A DNA stretch of 64,000 nucleotides. Source: Dehalococcoidia bacterium. GTDB taxonomy: Bacteria > Chloroflexota > Dehalococcoidia > Bin125. The number at the start of each line of letters is the position of its first letter. Position 1 is the stretch's first letter. Below, piece after piece: positions 29,439-39,102 of this stretch. The notes below the pieces were generated by a model. That model was not told the origin of the DNA. It saw only the letters and a program-made list of their open reading frames with translations, and ran no database searches. The position numbers and the translations under genes are program-made. The stretch lies in contig CAXXNO010000012.1 of the NCBI GenBank assembly GCA_963663235.2, positions 288,001 through 352,000 on the forward strand. The letters are read 5' to 3'.

Positions 29439-31865
29439 ATGCTCAGCCCCTACACCGTCCTCGACCTCACCGACCACCGCGGCGACCTCGCCGCCATGGT
29501 CCTCGGTGATCTCGGCGCCGACGTCATTAAGGTCGAGCCGCCCGACGGCTCCGCCGGCCGGCGCATCGGCCCGTTCCTCCACGGCGCCCCGGAAGCGGAG
29601 CGCAGCCTTCGCTTCTTCGCCTACAACCGCAACAAGCGCAGCCTCACGCTCGACCTCACCCGCGACGCCGACCGCCAGACCTTCCATCGGCTCGTCGAGC
29701 GCGCCGACTTCCTCATCGAGTCCGCCGAGCCCGGCGAGATGGATGCCCTCGGCCTCGGCTTCGATTCACTCCGCGCCCTCAACCCACGCCTCGTCTACGT
29801 CGCCATCACCCCCTTCGGCCGGGACGGGCCCCACGCCCACTTCACTGCCACCGACCTCACCATCGCCGCCATGGGCGGACCGATCAGCCTCCAGGGCACG
29901 CCGGAACGAGCCCCCGTGCGCGTCAGCGTTCCCCAGGTGTGGCGCCACGCCGCGGTCGAGGCCGCCGTCGGCGCACTTACGGCGCACGCCCGCACGCTGC
30001 GAACGGGCGAGGCGCAGTTCGTCGACGTCTCCGCCCAGTGCGTCATGGTCTGGACCATGCTCAACGCCATGGCCGCCCACGCCATCCAGGGCGCCGACTT
30101 CGAACGCCACGGCAGCGACCTCCAGCTCGGCCACATCACGATCCCGCTGCTCCACCCCTGCGCCGACGGCCACGTCGTCATGCGCCCCAACGGCCTGTTG
30201 ATGGCCGGCGCGGTGCGCCATCTTGTCGAAGAGGGCATCGTCCCGCCCCACTGGCTCGAGGCCGAAGACTGGGCCACCTACGACCGCCGCCTCGCCGCCG
30301 AGGAGCCGCTCACGATCAGCCCGGAACGGCTCGCCGACGCCGTCGTCCGCTACGCGCGCATGCACACCAAGGAGGATCTGTTCGAGCGCGGCCTGCGGGA
30401 TGGGGTCTCCTTCGCCCCCGTCAACACCGTCGCGGACGTTATCAAGCTGCGTCACCTGGAGGAGCGCGACTACTGGATCGATGCGCCGCTGCCCGACGGC
30501 CGAACCGCCCGCGCCCCCGGACCCTCCGTCCGCCTCTCCAAGACGCCGCTTTCAGTGGGGCGCCGGGCGCCCCGCCTCGGCGAGCACAGCGCGGAGATCC
30601 TCAGCGCGCTCCGCAATGCCCCGCCCGCAACGCCGGCGCCCTCACCCGACCACGATCCATTGCCCTTCGCCGGGCTCAAGGTGGCCGACTTCTCCTGGAT
30701 CGGCGTCGGACCGATCACCGCCAAGCACCTCGCCGACCACGGCGCAACCGTTGTCCACGTCGAGACGGAGGACCCTGCCGACAAAGTGCGCGTGGGCGGC
30801 CCCTTCAAGGACGGCGTCGTCGGGCCCAACCGCAGCCAGTTCTTCGTCGACTTCAACACCTCCAAGCTGAGCCTGTCGCTCAACCTCAAGAACCCCGCCG
30901 CCCGCGACGTCGCCCGACGCCTCATCGCCTGGGCCGACGTCTACCTGGAGAGCTTCACCCCCGGAACCGCCCACGACCTTGGCATCGGCTACGACGACGT
31001 CCGCGAAGAGAACCCGTCGCTGATCATGGTCGGCACCTGCCTCATGGGACAGACCGGGCCCGCCGCCACGTTCGCCGGCTACGGCTACCACGCCGGCGCC
31101 ATCGCCGGCTTCTACGAGATCACCGGCTGGCCCGACCTTCCGCCCGACGGCCCCTGGATGGCCTACACCGATACCATCGCCCCCCGCTTCCTGGCCGCGA
31201 CGCTCATGGCCGCGCTCGACCACCGCCGCCGCACCGGCGAGGGGCAATACATCGACGCCGCCCAGATCGAGATGGCGCTGCACTTCCTCGCGCCGGAACT
31301 CCTCGACTATCAAGCAAACGGGCGCGTTGCTACGCGACAGGGTAACCGCTCCGACAGCATGGCCCCGCACGGCGTCTACCCCTGCCGTGGTATCGACCAG
31401 TGGTGCGCGATCGCTGTCGCCGGCAACGCACAGTGGCAAGCCTTGCGCCGTGTCCTCGGCGACCCCGGCTGGGCCGGCGACGAGCGCCTCGACTCGGTCG
31501 CGGGCCGCCTCCAGCGCCAGGACGAACTCGACGCCCGCCTGAGCGACTGGACCCGCGCCCGCCCCCCCGCCGACGTGATGACGACGCTGCAAGCGGCCGG
31601 CGTGGCGGCGGGCGTCGTCCAACGCAGCAGCGACCTGCTCAAGGACCCGCAACTCGCCCATCGACGCTTCCACCTCTACATGCAGCACGGCGAGATGGGC
31701 CGCATCCCCCACACAGGGCACCAGTTCCGCATCCGCGACTACGACAGCGGCCCGCGCTTCTCCGCTCCCCTTCTGGGCGAGCACAGCCTGCACGTCATGC
31801 GCGACGTCCTCGCCATGACCGACGCCGAGATCGGCGAGGTCTACGCCGCCGGCGCGGTTGTTTGA
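29439..31865 (+). CDS. Two-domain (fused) class III CoA transferase
   Basis: Two CaiB/BaiF domains: LGDLGADVIKVE/NRNKRS, then LADHGA.V..VE/NTSK.S. Catalytic Asp evident only in the second (AYTDTIAP). Confidence 0.92.
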   Translation: MLSPYTVLDLTDHRGDLAAMVLGDLGADVIKVEPPDGSAGRRIGPFLHGAPEAERSLRFFAYNRNKRSLTLDLTRDADRQTFHRLVERADFLIESAEPGEMDALGLGFDSLRALNPRLVYVAITPFGRDGPHAHFTATDLTIAAMGGPISLQGTPERAPVRVSVPQVWRHAAVEAAVGALTAHARTLRTGEAQFVDVSAQCVMVWTMLNAMAAHAIQGADFERHGSDLQLGHITIPLLHPCADGHVVMRPNGLLMAGAVRHLVEEGIVPPHWLEAEDWATYDRRLAAEEPLTISPERLADAVVRYARMHTKEDLFERGLRDGVSFAPVNTVADVIKLRHLEERDYWIDAPLPDGRTARAPGPSVRLSKTPLSVGRRAPRLGEHSAEILSALRNAPPATPAPSPDHDPLPFAGLKVADFSWIGVGPITAKHLADHGATVVHVETEDPADKVRVGGPFKDGVVGPNRSQFFVDFNTSKLSLSLNLKNPAARDVARRLIAWADVYLESFTPGTAHDLGIGYDDVREENPSLIMVGTCLMGQTGPAATFAGYGYHAGAIAGFYEITGWPDLPPDGPWMAYTDTIAPRFLAATLMAALDHRRRTGEGQYIDAAQIEMALHFLAPELLDYQANGRVATRQGNRSDSMAPHGVYPCRGIDQWCAIAVAGNAQWQALRRVLGDPGWAGDERLDSVAGRLQRQDELDARLSDWTRARPPADVMTTLQAAGVAAGVVQRSSDLLKDPQLAHRRFHLYMQHGEMGRIPHTGHQFRIRDYDSGPRFSAPLLGEHSLHVMRDVLAMTDAEIGEVYAAGAVV

Positions 31866-31957
31866 CGCCAAGAGCCCACTGGTAGCGCGCCCTCTGGTCC
31901 TCAGTCGCCGCCCGCGCGCGTCCCAGCCGCTACACTGCCCGGCGAGGAGAACGCCGC

Positions 31958-33152
31958 ATGACCACCACCGTCCCCATCGATGGAACCTGCGCCCAGCGCT
32001 TCGCCGCCGTGCGCGATGCGTTCGCGGAGAACTTCGCCGTCCACGGCGAGGTCCGGCGCCGCGCTCGCCGTTACGGTCGAGAGCGAGCCTGTGGTCGACC
32101 TCTGGGCCGGTCACGTCGACGCCGACCGCTCCCGTCCCTGGCAGCGCGACACCATCGTCAACGTCTACTCCACCACCAAGGGCATGGGCGCTCTCTGCGC
32201 GCACATGCTGGTCGACCGCGGCCTGCTGGACCTGGACGCGCCGGTGGCCACGTACTGGCCCGAGTTCGCCCAGAACGGCAAGGAAGCGATCCCCGTGCGC
32301 TGGCTGCTCAGTCATCGCGCCGGCCTCCCGGCCGTCGAGCGTTCCCTGCCGCTCGATGCCGCCTTCGACTGGGAGACCATGACGGCGGCCGTCGCGGCGC
32401 AGAAGCCCTGGTGGGAGCCGGGGACACAACACGGCTACCACGCCTTCACCTTCTCCTGGCTGGTCGGCGAGGTGGTCCGACGGGTCGGCGGCAAGAGCAT
32501 CGGCGCGTTCTTCCGCGATGAGGTGGCGACGCCGCTCGGGCTCAACGCCCACATCGGCATCGGCCCGGAGTTCGACGCCCGCACCGCCGACATCATCCCC
32601 ACCCCGCCGCTTCCCGAGGGCCAAGTCGACCCAATGGCCCACGTGTGGGAGAACCCTGACTCGATGGAGGGCAAGGCCTTCAACAACCCACCCATGCGCC
32701 GGCGCACTGTGAATACACGCGAGTGGCGCGCCGCGGAGCTCGTCGCCGCCAACGGCCACACCGACGCCCGATCCCTGGCACGGATGTACGCGCTGCTCGC
32801 CAACGGCGGCGAGTTGGACGGAGTGCGCCTCCTGCGCTCGGAGACTATCGAGCGCGCCCGCGTGGAGCAGTCCAACGGCATCGACGCGGTGATCGGGAGC
32901 CAGAGCCGCTTCGGCCTGGGCTTCATGCTTCCCAGTCCCATGCGCCGCTTCTCGGACAACCCTGCGGCCTTGGGCCACAGCGGCATGGGCGGGTCGCTCG
33001 GCTTCGGCGATCCCGAGGCGCGGCTCGGCGTGGGCTACGCCATGAACCAGATGCTCACCAGCGTGCCCGGCGGCGACCGGCGCTGGTGGAGCATGCTCGG
33101 CGCCATCTACGGGGCGCTGGGCCTTCCGTTCACCGCGCCGGACCCGGCCTGA
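31958..33152 (+). pseudogene. Serine hydrolase (beta-lactamase/EstA family) with +1 frameshift near 32053
   Basis: MTTTVPIDGTC..RFAAVRDAF.ENF..HGEV joins GAALAV..VVDLWAG if one C is removed from GAGGTCCGGC; S-x-x-K (STTK), YHA, GHSG.GG. Real lesion or consensus error. Confidence 0.8.
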
Positions 33153-33271
33153 TCCTCCAGGTCCCGGGGCGCTGTCCCGGATAGCGCACCGCCCGCCGCC
33201 CCTCTACCATGAGGGTCGAGCCGATTCGGGCGCACGCATCCAATCGTCCGGGCCTGCTCCAAGGAGTACGC

Positions 33272-33850
33272 ATGCGCGGCATGATGAAGTCCATCGTCCG
33301 GGGCGCGCAGGTGTTCGTTCGCAAGCCCGTCACCATCCACTACCCCGATGAAAAACGGCGGCTGCCCACCCGGGCCCGCACCTTCCCCTACCTGATCTGG
33401 AACCACGATCTGGGCGAGGCCAACTGCACCGGCTGCGACAAGTGCGCTAAGGCCTGCCCGGTCGACTGCATGACGACGAAACTGTCGAAGAACCCCCTGT
33501 TCGCCACGGGCGGGAGCAACCACAAGGCAGTCATCGAGGCCTTTTACATCGACTTCGGCCGCTGCATGCGCTGCAACATCTGCGTCGAAGTCTGCCCCTT
33601 CGACGCCATCGCCATGCTGCCCCTCTGGGAGGGCCACGAGCAAGCCACCTTCGACCGCCGCGAGCTGGTCTTGGACCTCGACGACCTACTCGCCCCTAGC
33701 CGCGCCGACGCCGGCATCCCCTTCTGGATCCCGGAGACCGTGCTGCAAGTCACGGAGAAGGAGCGCAAGGGCCGGGCGGAGTTCACCGCCCAGCTCAAGG
33801 CCAGCCGCGGCGAGGCGCCCGCCGAACTGCCCACGGGTACCCAAAGCTAG
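33272..33850 (+). CDS. nuoI: NADH-quinone oxidoreductase subunit I-like 2x[4Fe-4S] protein (orphan)
   Basis: TIHYPDE, CTGCDKCAKACP, F.IDFGRCMRCNICVEVCPFDAI; AAGGAG before ATG 33272. Confidence 0.78.
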   Translation: MRGMMKSIVRGAQVFVRKPVTIHYPDEKRRLPTRARTFPYLIWNHDLGEANCTGCDKCAKACPVDCMTTKLSKNPLFATGGSNHKAVIEAFYIDFGRCMRCNICVEVCPFDAIAMLPLWEGHEQATFDRRELVLDLDDLLAPSRADAGIPFWIPETVLQVTEKERKGRAEFTAQLKASRGEAPAELPTGTQS

Positions 33851-33874
33851 AGTCCCCGCGCCGCGCCCCTGGCG

Positions 33875-34768
33875 TCACCGCCCGGCGCGCCCGGCCGCTT
33901 CTTCCGCCAGCGCGATCGCCCCCACCACTCCGGGGTCCGCCATCCCCGGCGGCACGATGTATCCGTCGATCTGCTCCGGGTCCCGGATCGCTTCGTGCGC
34001 CACGTAGTCGTTCAGCACCTCGCGCACCTTGGCGCGGACCTGCGCGTAGAGCCACTCCTGCTCCATGACGCCGCCGCCCAGCACCACGCGCTGCGGGGAG
34101 ATCGACAGGATCAGGTTCGCAATACCCAGTCCCAAGTAGTGCGCCTCCAGCCCCCACGCCGGATGGCTGGGCGGCAGATCCTCGGCCGGCCGCCCCCAGC
34201 GCTCGCGGATGGCCGGCCCGGCCGCCAGTCCCTCCAGGCAGTCGCGGTGATAGGGACACCGCCCCAGGTACTGATCGTCCGGGCGGCGCGGGATGCGGAG
34301 GTGTCCCATCTCGGGGTGCACGAGACCGTGCATGGGCCCGCCGTTGACCATCCCCCCTCCCCCGATCCCGGTGCCGACGGTCAGGTAGATGAACGTGTCC
34401 AGCCCCTGCGCCGCGCCCCAGCGCCCCTCCGCCAGCGCGGCCGCGTTCACGTCGGTGTCGAACGCCACGGGCATGTCCGGCCCGCCACAACCCCGCCGGA
34501 TGGCCGCCACGAAGTCGAAGTCCTGCCACGCCGTCTTGGGGGTGGTGGTGATCCGGCCGCGCTTCAGGTCCACGGGCCCAAACGACCCGATCCCGATCGC
34601 CGCCAGGTCCGGGTACGACTGGAAGAAGTCGATCGCCTCGCCCACGGTCTCCTCGGGCGTGGTGGTGTCGAAGCGCACCATGTTCGCGCCGATGTCGTCC
34701 GGCCCCGTGCCCACGGCGCAGACGAACTTCGTGCCCCCCGCTTCGATCCCTCCGAAACGCCGCGCCAT
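33875..34768 (-). CDS. ROK family sugar kinase (fructokinase-like)
   Basis: [46 protein letters not shown]. Confidence 0.92.
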   Translation of the reverse strand: MARRFGGIEAGGTKFVCAVGTGPDDIGANMVRFDTTTPEETVGEAIDFFQSYPDLAAIGIGSFGPVDLKRGRITTTPKTAWQDFDFVAAIRRGCGGPDMPVAFDTDVNAAALAEGRWGAAQGLDTFIYLTVGTGIGGGGMVNGGPMHGLVHPEMGHLRIPRRPDDQYLGRCPYHRDCLEGLAAGPAIRERWGRPAEDLPPSHPAWGLEAHYLGLGIANLILSISPQRVVLGGGVMEQEWLYAQVRAKVREVLNDYVAHEAIRDPEQIDGYIVPPGMADPGVVGAIALAEEAAGRAGR

Positions 34769-34893
34769 GACAGCCTCTCTCCCACACCACCGGCCTCCGC
34801 AGTCTAATCGCCCCGCAACGATACCGAGGCCCGTCGCGATGGGCACGCCGGCGCGGCTAGACTGCCTTCGATCCATCCGCAAGGACTGAGCCG

Positions 34894-35781
34894 ATGAACT
34901 GCTCCACCTGTGGCCGCGCCAACCGCGACGACGCCCGCTTCTGCGACGCCTGCGGCGCTCGCCTGCTGTTGCCCCGCGACGCGGCCTCGGGCGGCGGCTG
35001 CGACGTCCTCCTCACCTTCGACGTCGACGGCCCCTCCGCCTTCGTCAACCGCGACCCCACCATCGAGCGACGCCCCTCCACTTACTCGATGGGCGAGTAC
35101 GGCCCCACCGTGGGCGCGCGCCGGATTTTGAGCCTGCTGGCGGAGCACGGGCTCCACGCCTCCTTCTTCATCCCCGGCTGGGTGGCCGAGCGTCACGAGT
35201 CCCTGGTCAAGCGGATCGCCGAGGCAGGCCACGAGGTGGGCCATCACGGCTACCTGCACGAGCCCCCCGCCACGCTCGACCGCGACGCGGAAGCCGACGT
35301 GCTGGACCGCACCAGCGCCATCCTCGAGCGCCTCTGCGGCGCACCGCCGCGCGGCTACCGCTCTCCCGCCTGGGAGCTGAGCGAGAGCACCCTCGACCTA
35401 CTGGCCGAGCGCGGCTTCCTCTACGATTCCAGCCTCATGGGCGACGACGTCCCCTACCTCGTGGGCGATGAAGGCCGCCAACTCGTCGAGATCCCCGTGC
35501 ACTGGTCCCTGGACGACTACCCCTACTTCGCCTTCACCCCCCAGGACGGCCGCCGCCTCATGGCCTCGCCCTCCCACGTCTTCGACGCCTGGGCCTCGGC
35601 CTTCGAAGAACTGCACCAGCGCGGCGCACCCTTCGTCCTCACGATGCATCCCTGGATCATTGGTCGGCCCGGCCGCCTCAGGATGCTCGACCGCCTGATC
35701 GCGCACATCGAGTCGTTCCCCAACGTCCGCTTCCGCCGCGCGATCGACATGGCCGCGGACTTCGCCGGGCAATCCGCCTAG
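34894..35781 (+). CDS. Polysaccharide deacetylase (CE4, PuuE/PgdA-like) with N-terminal zinc ribbon
   Basis: CSTC...FCDACG ribbon; [31 protein letters not shown]. Confidence 0.9.
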   Translation: MNCSTCGRANRDDARFCDACGARLLLPRDAASGGGCDVLLTFDVDGPSAFVNRDPTIERRPSTYSMGEYGPTVGARRILSLLAEHGLHASFFIPGWVAERHESLVKRIAEAGHEVGHHGYLHEPPATLDRDAEADVLDRTSAILERLCGAPPRGYRSPAWELSESTLDLLAERGFLYDSSLMGDDVPYLVGDEGRQLVEIPVHWSLDDYPYFAFTPQDGRRLMASPSHVFDAWASAFEELHQRGAPFVLTMHPWIIGRPGRLRMLDRLIAHIESFPNVRFRRAIDMAADFAGQSA

Positions 35782-35872
35782 GATCCCGAACGAACGCTGG
35801 CCCCATGCCTGATGTTGACGCCTGGCGTTGATTCCTACCCCGGCCGCAGCTCCAACCGATGCCGCGCCGCCC

Positions 35873-37216
35873 CTACGTCCGGCGGCGAATCAGCACGAAG
35901 CCGCCCGCCGCCGCCGCGGCGGCAGCGACGATCCCCAGGATGACCGCGAGCGCGACCGAAGACCCGTCGGACGCGATGGGCTGATCGAGCCCACCGGAGC
36001 CCGTGGCCGGCAGCCCGCCCGGCGGAGCCACGCCACCGCCGGGGTCGCCAATGCTCCCGGGGTCCCCACCCTCGCCGCCGGGCCCGACACCCGCCCCGGG
36101 GTCGCCAATACTCCCGGGATCTTCACCGCCCGTGCCCGGCCCCTGGTCCGGCACATCAGGCGCACCGCCGATGCCGGACCCGTTCCCGATCTCATCGCCG
36201 TTCCCGTTCCCGTTTTCGTAGTTGTTGTCGATGAAGCACTCCGCCACCTCCGCCAGCGCGAGGGTGATGGTGCCGTCCGGCGCGCAATCCCCGCCGATCG
36301 AGACCTGCTCGTAACCCGGCGGACCGGGATCGTCTTCGCTGACCGTGTACTCGACGCCGGCATCGACCTCGGTTGCGTCGCCGCTCGTCACGACGCCTAC
36401 GCCGCCGTCGACGCGGAGCGTGAAGTCGCCTGGACCGGCGGTGCCACCGCCGTCGTTCGTCACGCGCTTGGTGACGATCAACTCCGGCGGCACATCATCG
36501 TTGGTGACCGTGCACGTCTTGTTATCTCCAGGCGCGAGCGTGATCGTGCCATCGGGCGCGCAATCCCCGCCGATCGTGCCCACATACTCCGGGCCGGGAT
36601 CGATTTCGCCGACCGTGTACACCACGCCCGGGCTGACGGTCACCGTCACACCGCTCCCCGTCGGGTTCCCGTTGAGGAACAGAGGAAAGTCGGCCTCGGT
36701 CGCCGTGCCGCCGTTGTCGTTGATCACGATCTTGGTGACGGTCAGCATCGGATCAGGGACGGTGGGGGTGTTGCGAAGCGTGCACTCGACGTCGCCTAGG
36801 GCGATCCGCACACGGAAGCATTCGCTCTCATCGGCAGTGTAACCGGGGGGGACGGTTTCCGTGACCGTACAAGTGTGATTGCTCTCGCTCCCCCCGACGC
36901 CCATCCAATTCAGCCACAGCGCCGCGCCCGGAGCAACCGTGCCGGTCACTGTCCGCTCCGGCGCAGCCGTGCTCCCGTCTTCGACGAGCGTTCCCGAGTC
37001 GCAAGTGACGCTAACTTCGACGGGGTCCGTGTTGCCGTCGTCGTATGTCTTTTCAATGTGGAGCATGCGCACGGCGCCCGTGAGGTGACCCGCGCTGCCT
37101 CCCGAGGGCGTCAGCAGCCCGATGCCCAGCGCGACCGCTGCGCCGAGGACCAGAGCCACCGCCATCGCCCGCCGCTGCCGGCGTGCCGCTTCGAAGACCT
37201 TCTCGTGACGACGCAT
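35873..37216 (-). CDS. LPXTG-type surface protein with repeated Ig/prealbumin-like domains
   Basis: Signal peptide; repeats LTVTK.V.ND.GGTA...DF.L...GGDC..DG.ITLA...C...ND; GN and GDPG low-complexity linker; LPATG, TM helix, RRRT tail. Confidence 0.88.
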   Translation of the reverse strand: MRRHEKVFEAARRQRRAMAVALVLGAAVALGIGLLTPSGGSAGHLTGAVRMLHIEKTYDDGNTDPVEVSVTCDSGTLVEDGSTAAPERTVTGTVAPGAALWLNWMGVGGSESNHTCTVTETVPPGYTADESECFRVRIALGDVECTLRNTPTVPDPMLTVTKIVINDNGGTATEADFPLFLNGNPTGSGVTVTVSPGVVYTVGEIDPGPEYVGTIGGDCAPDGTITLAPGDNKTCTVTNDDVPPELIVTKRVTNDGGGTAGPGDFTLRVDGGVGVVTSGDATEVDAGVEYTVSEDDPGPPGYEQVSIGGDCAPDGTITLALAEVAECFIDNNYENGNGNGDEIGNGSGIGGAPDVPDQGPGTGGEDPGSIGDPGAGVGPGGEGGDPGSIGDPGGGVAPPGGLPATGSGGLDQPIASDGSSVALAVILGIVAAAAAAAGGFVLIRRRT

Positions 37217-37280
37217 CCAGCACCCCCTAGCGGATCGGAAATCGTCGCGGCCCCGCCTGGAGCGGTTCGCCGCAGTGCCC

Positions 37281-38821
37281 CTACGTCCGGCGGCGAATCA
37301 GCACCAAGCCGCCCGCCGCCGCCGCCGCGACGATCCCCAGGATGACCGCGAGCGTGGCCGAAAACCCGTCGGTCGCGATGGGCTGATCGAGCCCACCGGA
37401 GCCCGTGGCCGGCAGCCCTGACGGCTGATCCAGGCCACCCGCCGGGTCCGGAAGGCCGCCCGGATCCTCACCGCCGGTCCCGGGGTCGCCGACGTCCCCG
37501 GGGTCTCCGCCGCCGGTGCCGGGCCGATCCCCGTTCCCGTTCCCATCACCGTTCCCGTTCCCGTTCCCGTTCCCGTCGTCGTCGTTATCGATGAAGCACT
37601 CCGCCGCCTCCGCCAGCGCGAGGGTGATGGTGCCGTCCGGCGCGCAATCCCCGCTGATCGAGACCTGCGTGTAGCCCAGCGGACCGGGATCGTCTTCGCC
37701 GACCGTGTACAGGACGTCGGCCATGACCTCGGTTGGGACGCCGCTCGTCACTTCGCGGCGGTCGACGCGGAGCGTGAAGTCGCTTGGAATGGCGGTGCCA
37801 CCGTCATCGTTCGTCACGCGCTTGGTGACGATCAACCTCGGCGGTATGTCGTCGTTGGTGATCGTGCAAAACCTGTTGTCTCCAGCCGCGATCGTGATCG
37901 TGCCATCGAGCGCGCAATCCCCGCCGACCGTGCCCACATAGTCCGGATTGGGATCTTCGATGATCGTGTGCACGCCCACGGCGACGGGGGTCGCCGAACC
38001 ACTCCCCGTCGGGACCCCGTCGATGAACAGCGTAAACTCGGCCACGGCCACGGCCCCGGTACCGCCGTCGTCGTTGATCACGATCTTGGTGACGGTCAAC
38101 GTTTACGGCACATCATCGTTGGTGATTGTGCAAAACCTGTTGTCGCCAAGCGCGAGCGTGATCGTGCCATCGGGCGCGCAATCCCCGCCGATCGTGCCCA
38201 CATAGCCCGGATTGGGATTTTCGCTGACCGTGTGCACGCCCGCGGTGACGGGGGTCGCCGAACCACTCCCCGTCGGGACCCCGTCGATGAACAGCGTAAA
38301 CTCGGCCACGGCCCCGGTACCGCCGTCGTTGTTGATCACGATCTTGGTGACGGTCAGGAACGTATCGCGCGTGTTTCGAAGCGTGCAGGTGACGTCGCCC
38401 CGGGCGATGTTCACACGGACACAGTCGCTCACATCGTTGGTGTAACCGGGGGGGCAGCGGTTTCCGTCACCGTGCAGGTGCCATCGATACCGCTCGCCGT
38501 TTCGCTCGTCCAATCCAGCAACAGCGGCGCGCCCGGCGCAACCGTGCCGTCCGCCGTCGCCGCCGGCGGAAGCGTGCTGCCCCGCTCGATGAGCGTTCCC
38601 GAGTCTCAAGTGACGTTGACATTGACGGGAGTCCTGCTGCCGTCGTCGTATGTCTTTTCGATGTCGAGCAGGTGCGTCCCCCCCGTCGGGTGAACCGCGC
38701 TGCCTCCCGAGGGCGTCAGCAGCCCGATGCCCAGCGCGACCGCCGCGCCAAGGACCAGAACCGCCGCCATCGCCCGCCGCGGCCTCCGTGCCGCTTCGAA
38801 GACCTTCTCGTGACCACGCAT
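37281..38821 (-). pseudogene. Disrupted tandem paralog of the LPXTG surface protein
   Basis: Same leader and LPATG-TM-RRRT end. TGA at 38606-38608 where the paralog has TGC, frameshift in the G run near 38450, in-frame TAA at 38103-38105. Confidence 0.85.
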
Positions 38822-39102
38822 CCAGCACCCCCTAGCGGATAGGAAATCGTCGCGGCCCCGCCTGGAGTGGTTCACCGCGGTGTCCAGCGCCCGGCGCCGG
38901 CTCTCGCGCCCCGCCGGAAGAGCGGGGCAGGCCCAAGCCGTCGTTCAGGACCAAGAGCGGTGAGATGGTGGCGCAGATGAACCGCACCCAGGACATGCCC
39001 GCCTCGGTTTCTCGCAGCATGCAGGCTAGTCCCCGGTGATCGCGAGCGTCAAGACGCGGTCCACAGGCGCCGGGCCGGCCTCACCCAAGCCGGCCTAGCC
39101 CC

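Noticed and set aside
36000-37580. GDPG and GN repeats as collagen-like domains or phase-variable tracts
   Set aside because: No sustained Gly-X-Y period and unit lengths are multiples of three; best read as linkers.
38832-39020. 62-aa ORF upstream of the LPXTG pseudogene
   Set aside because: No homology cues, and its 3' end runs through the duplicated upstream non-coding sequence.
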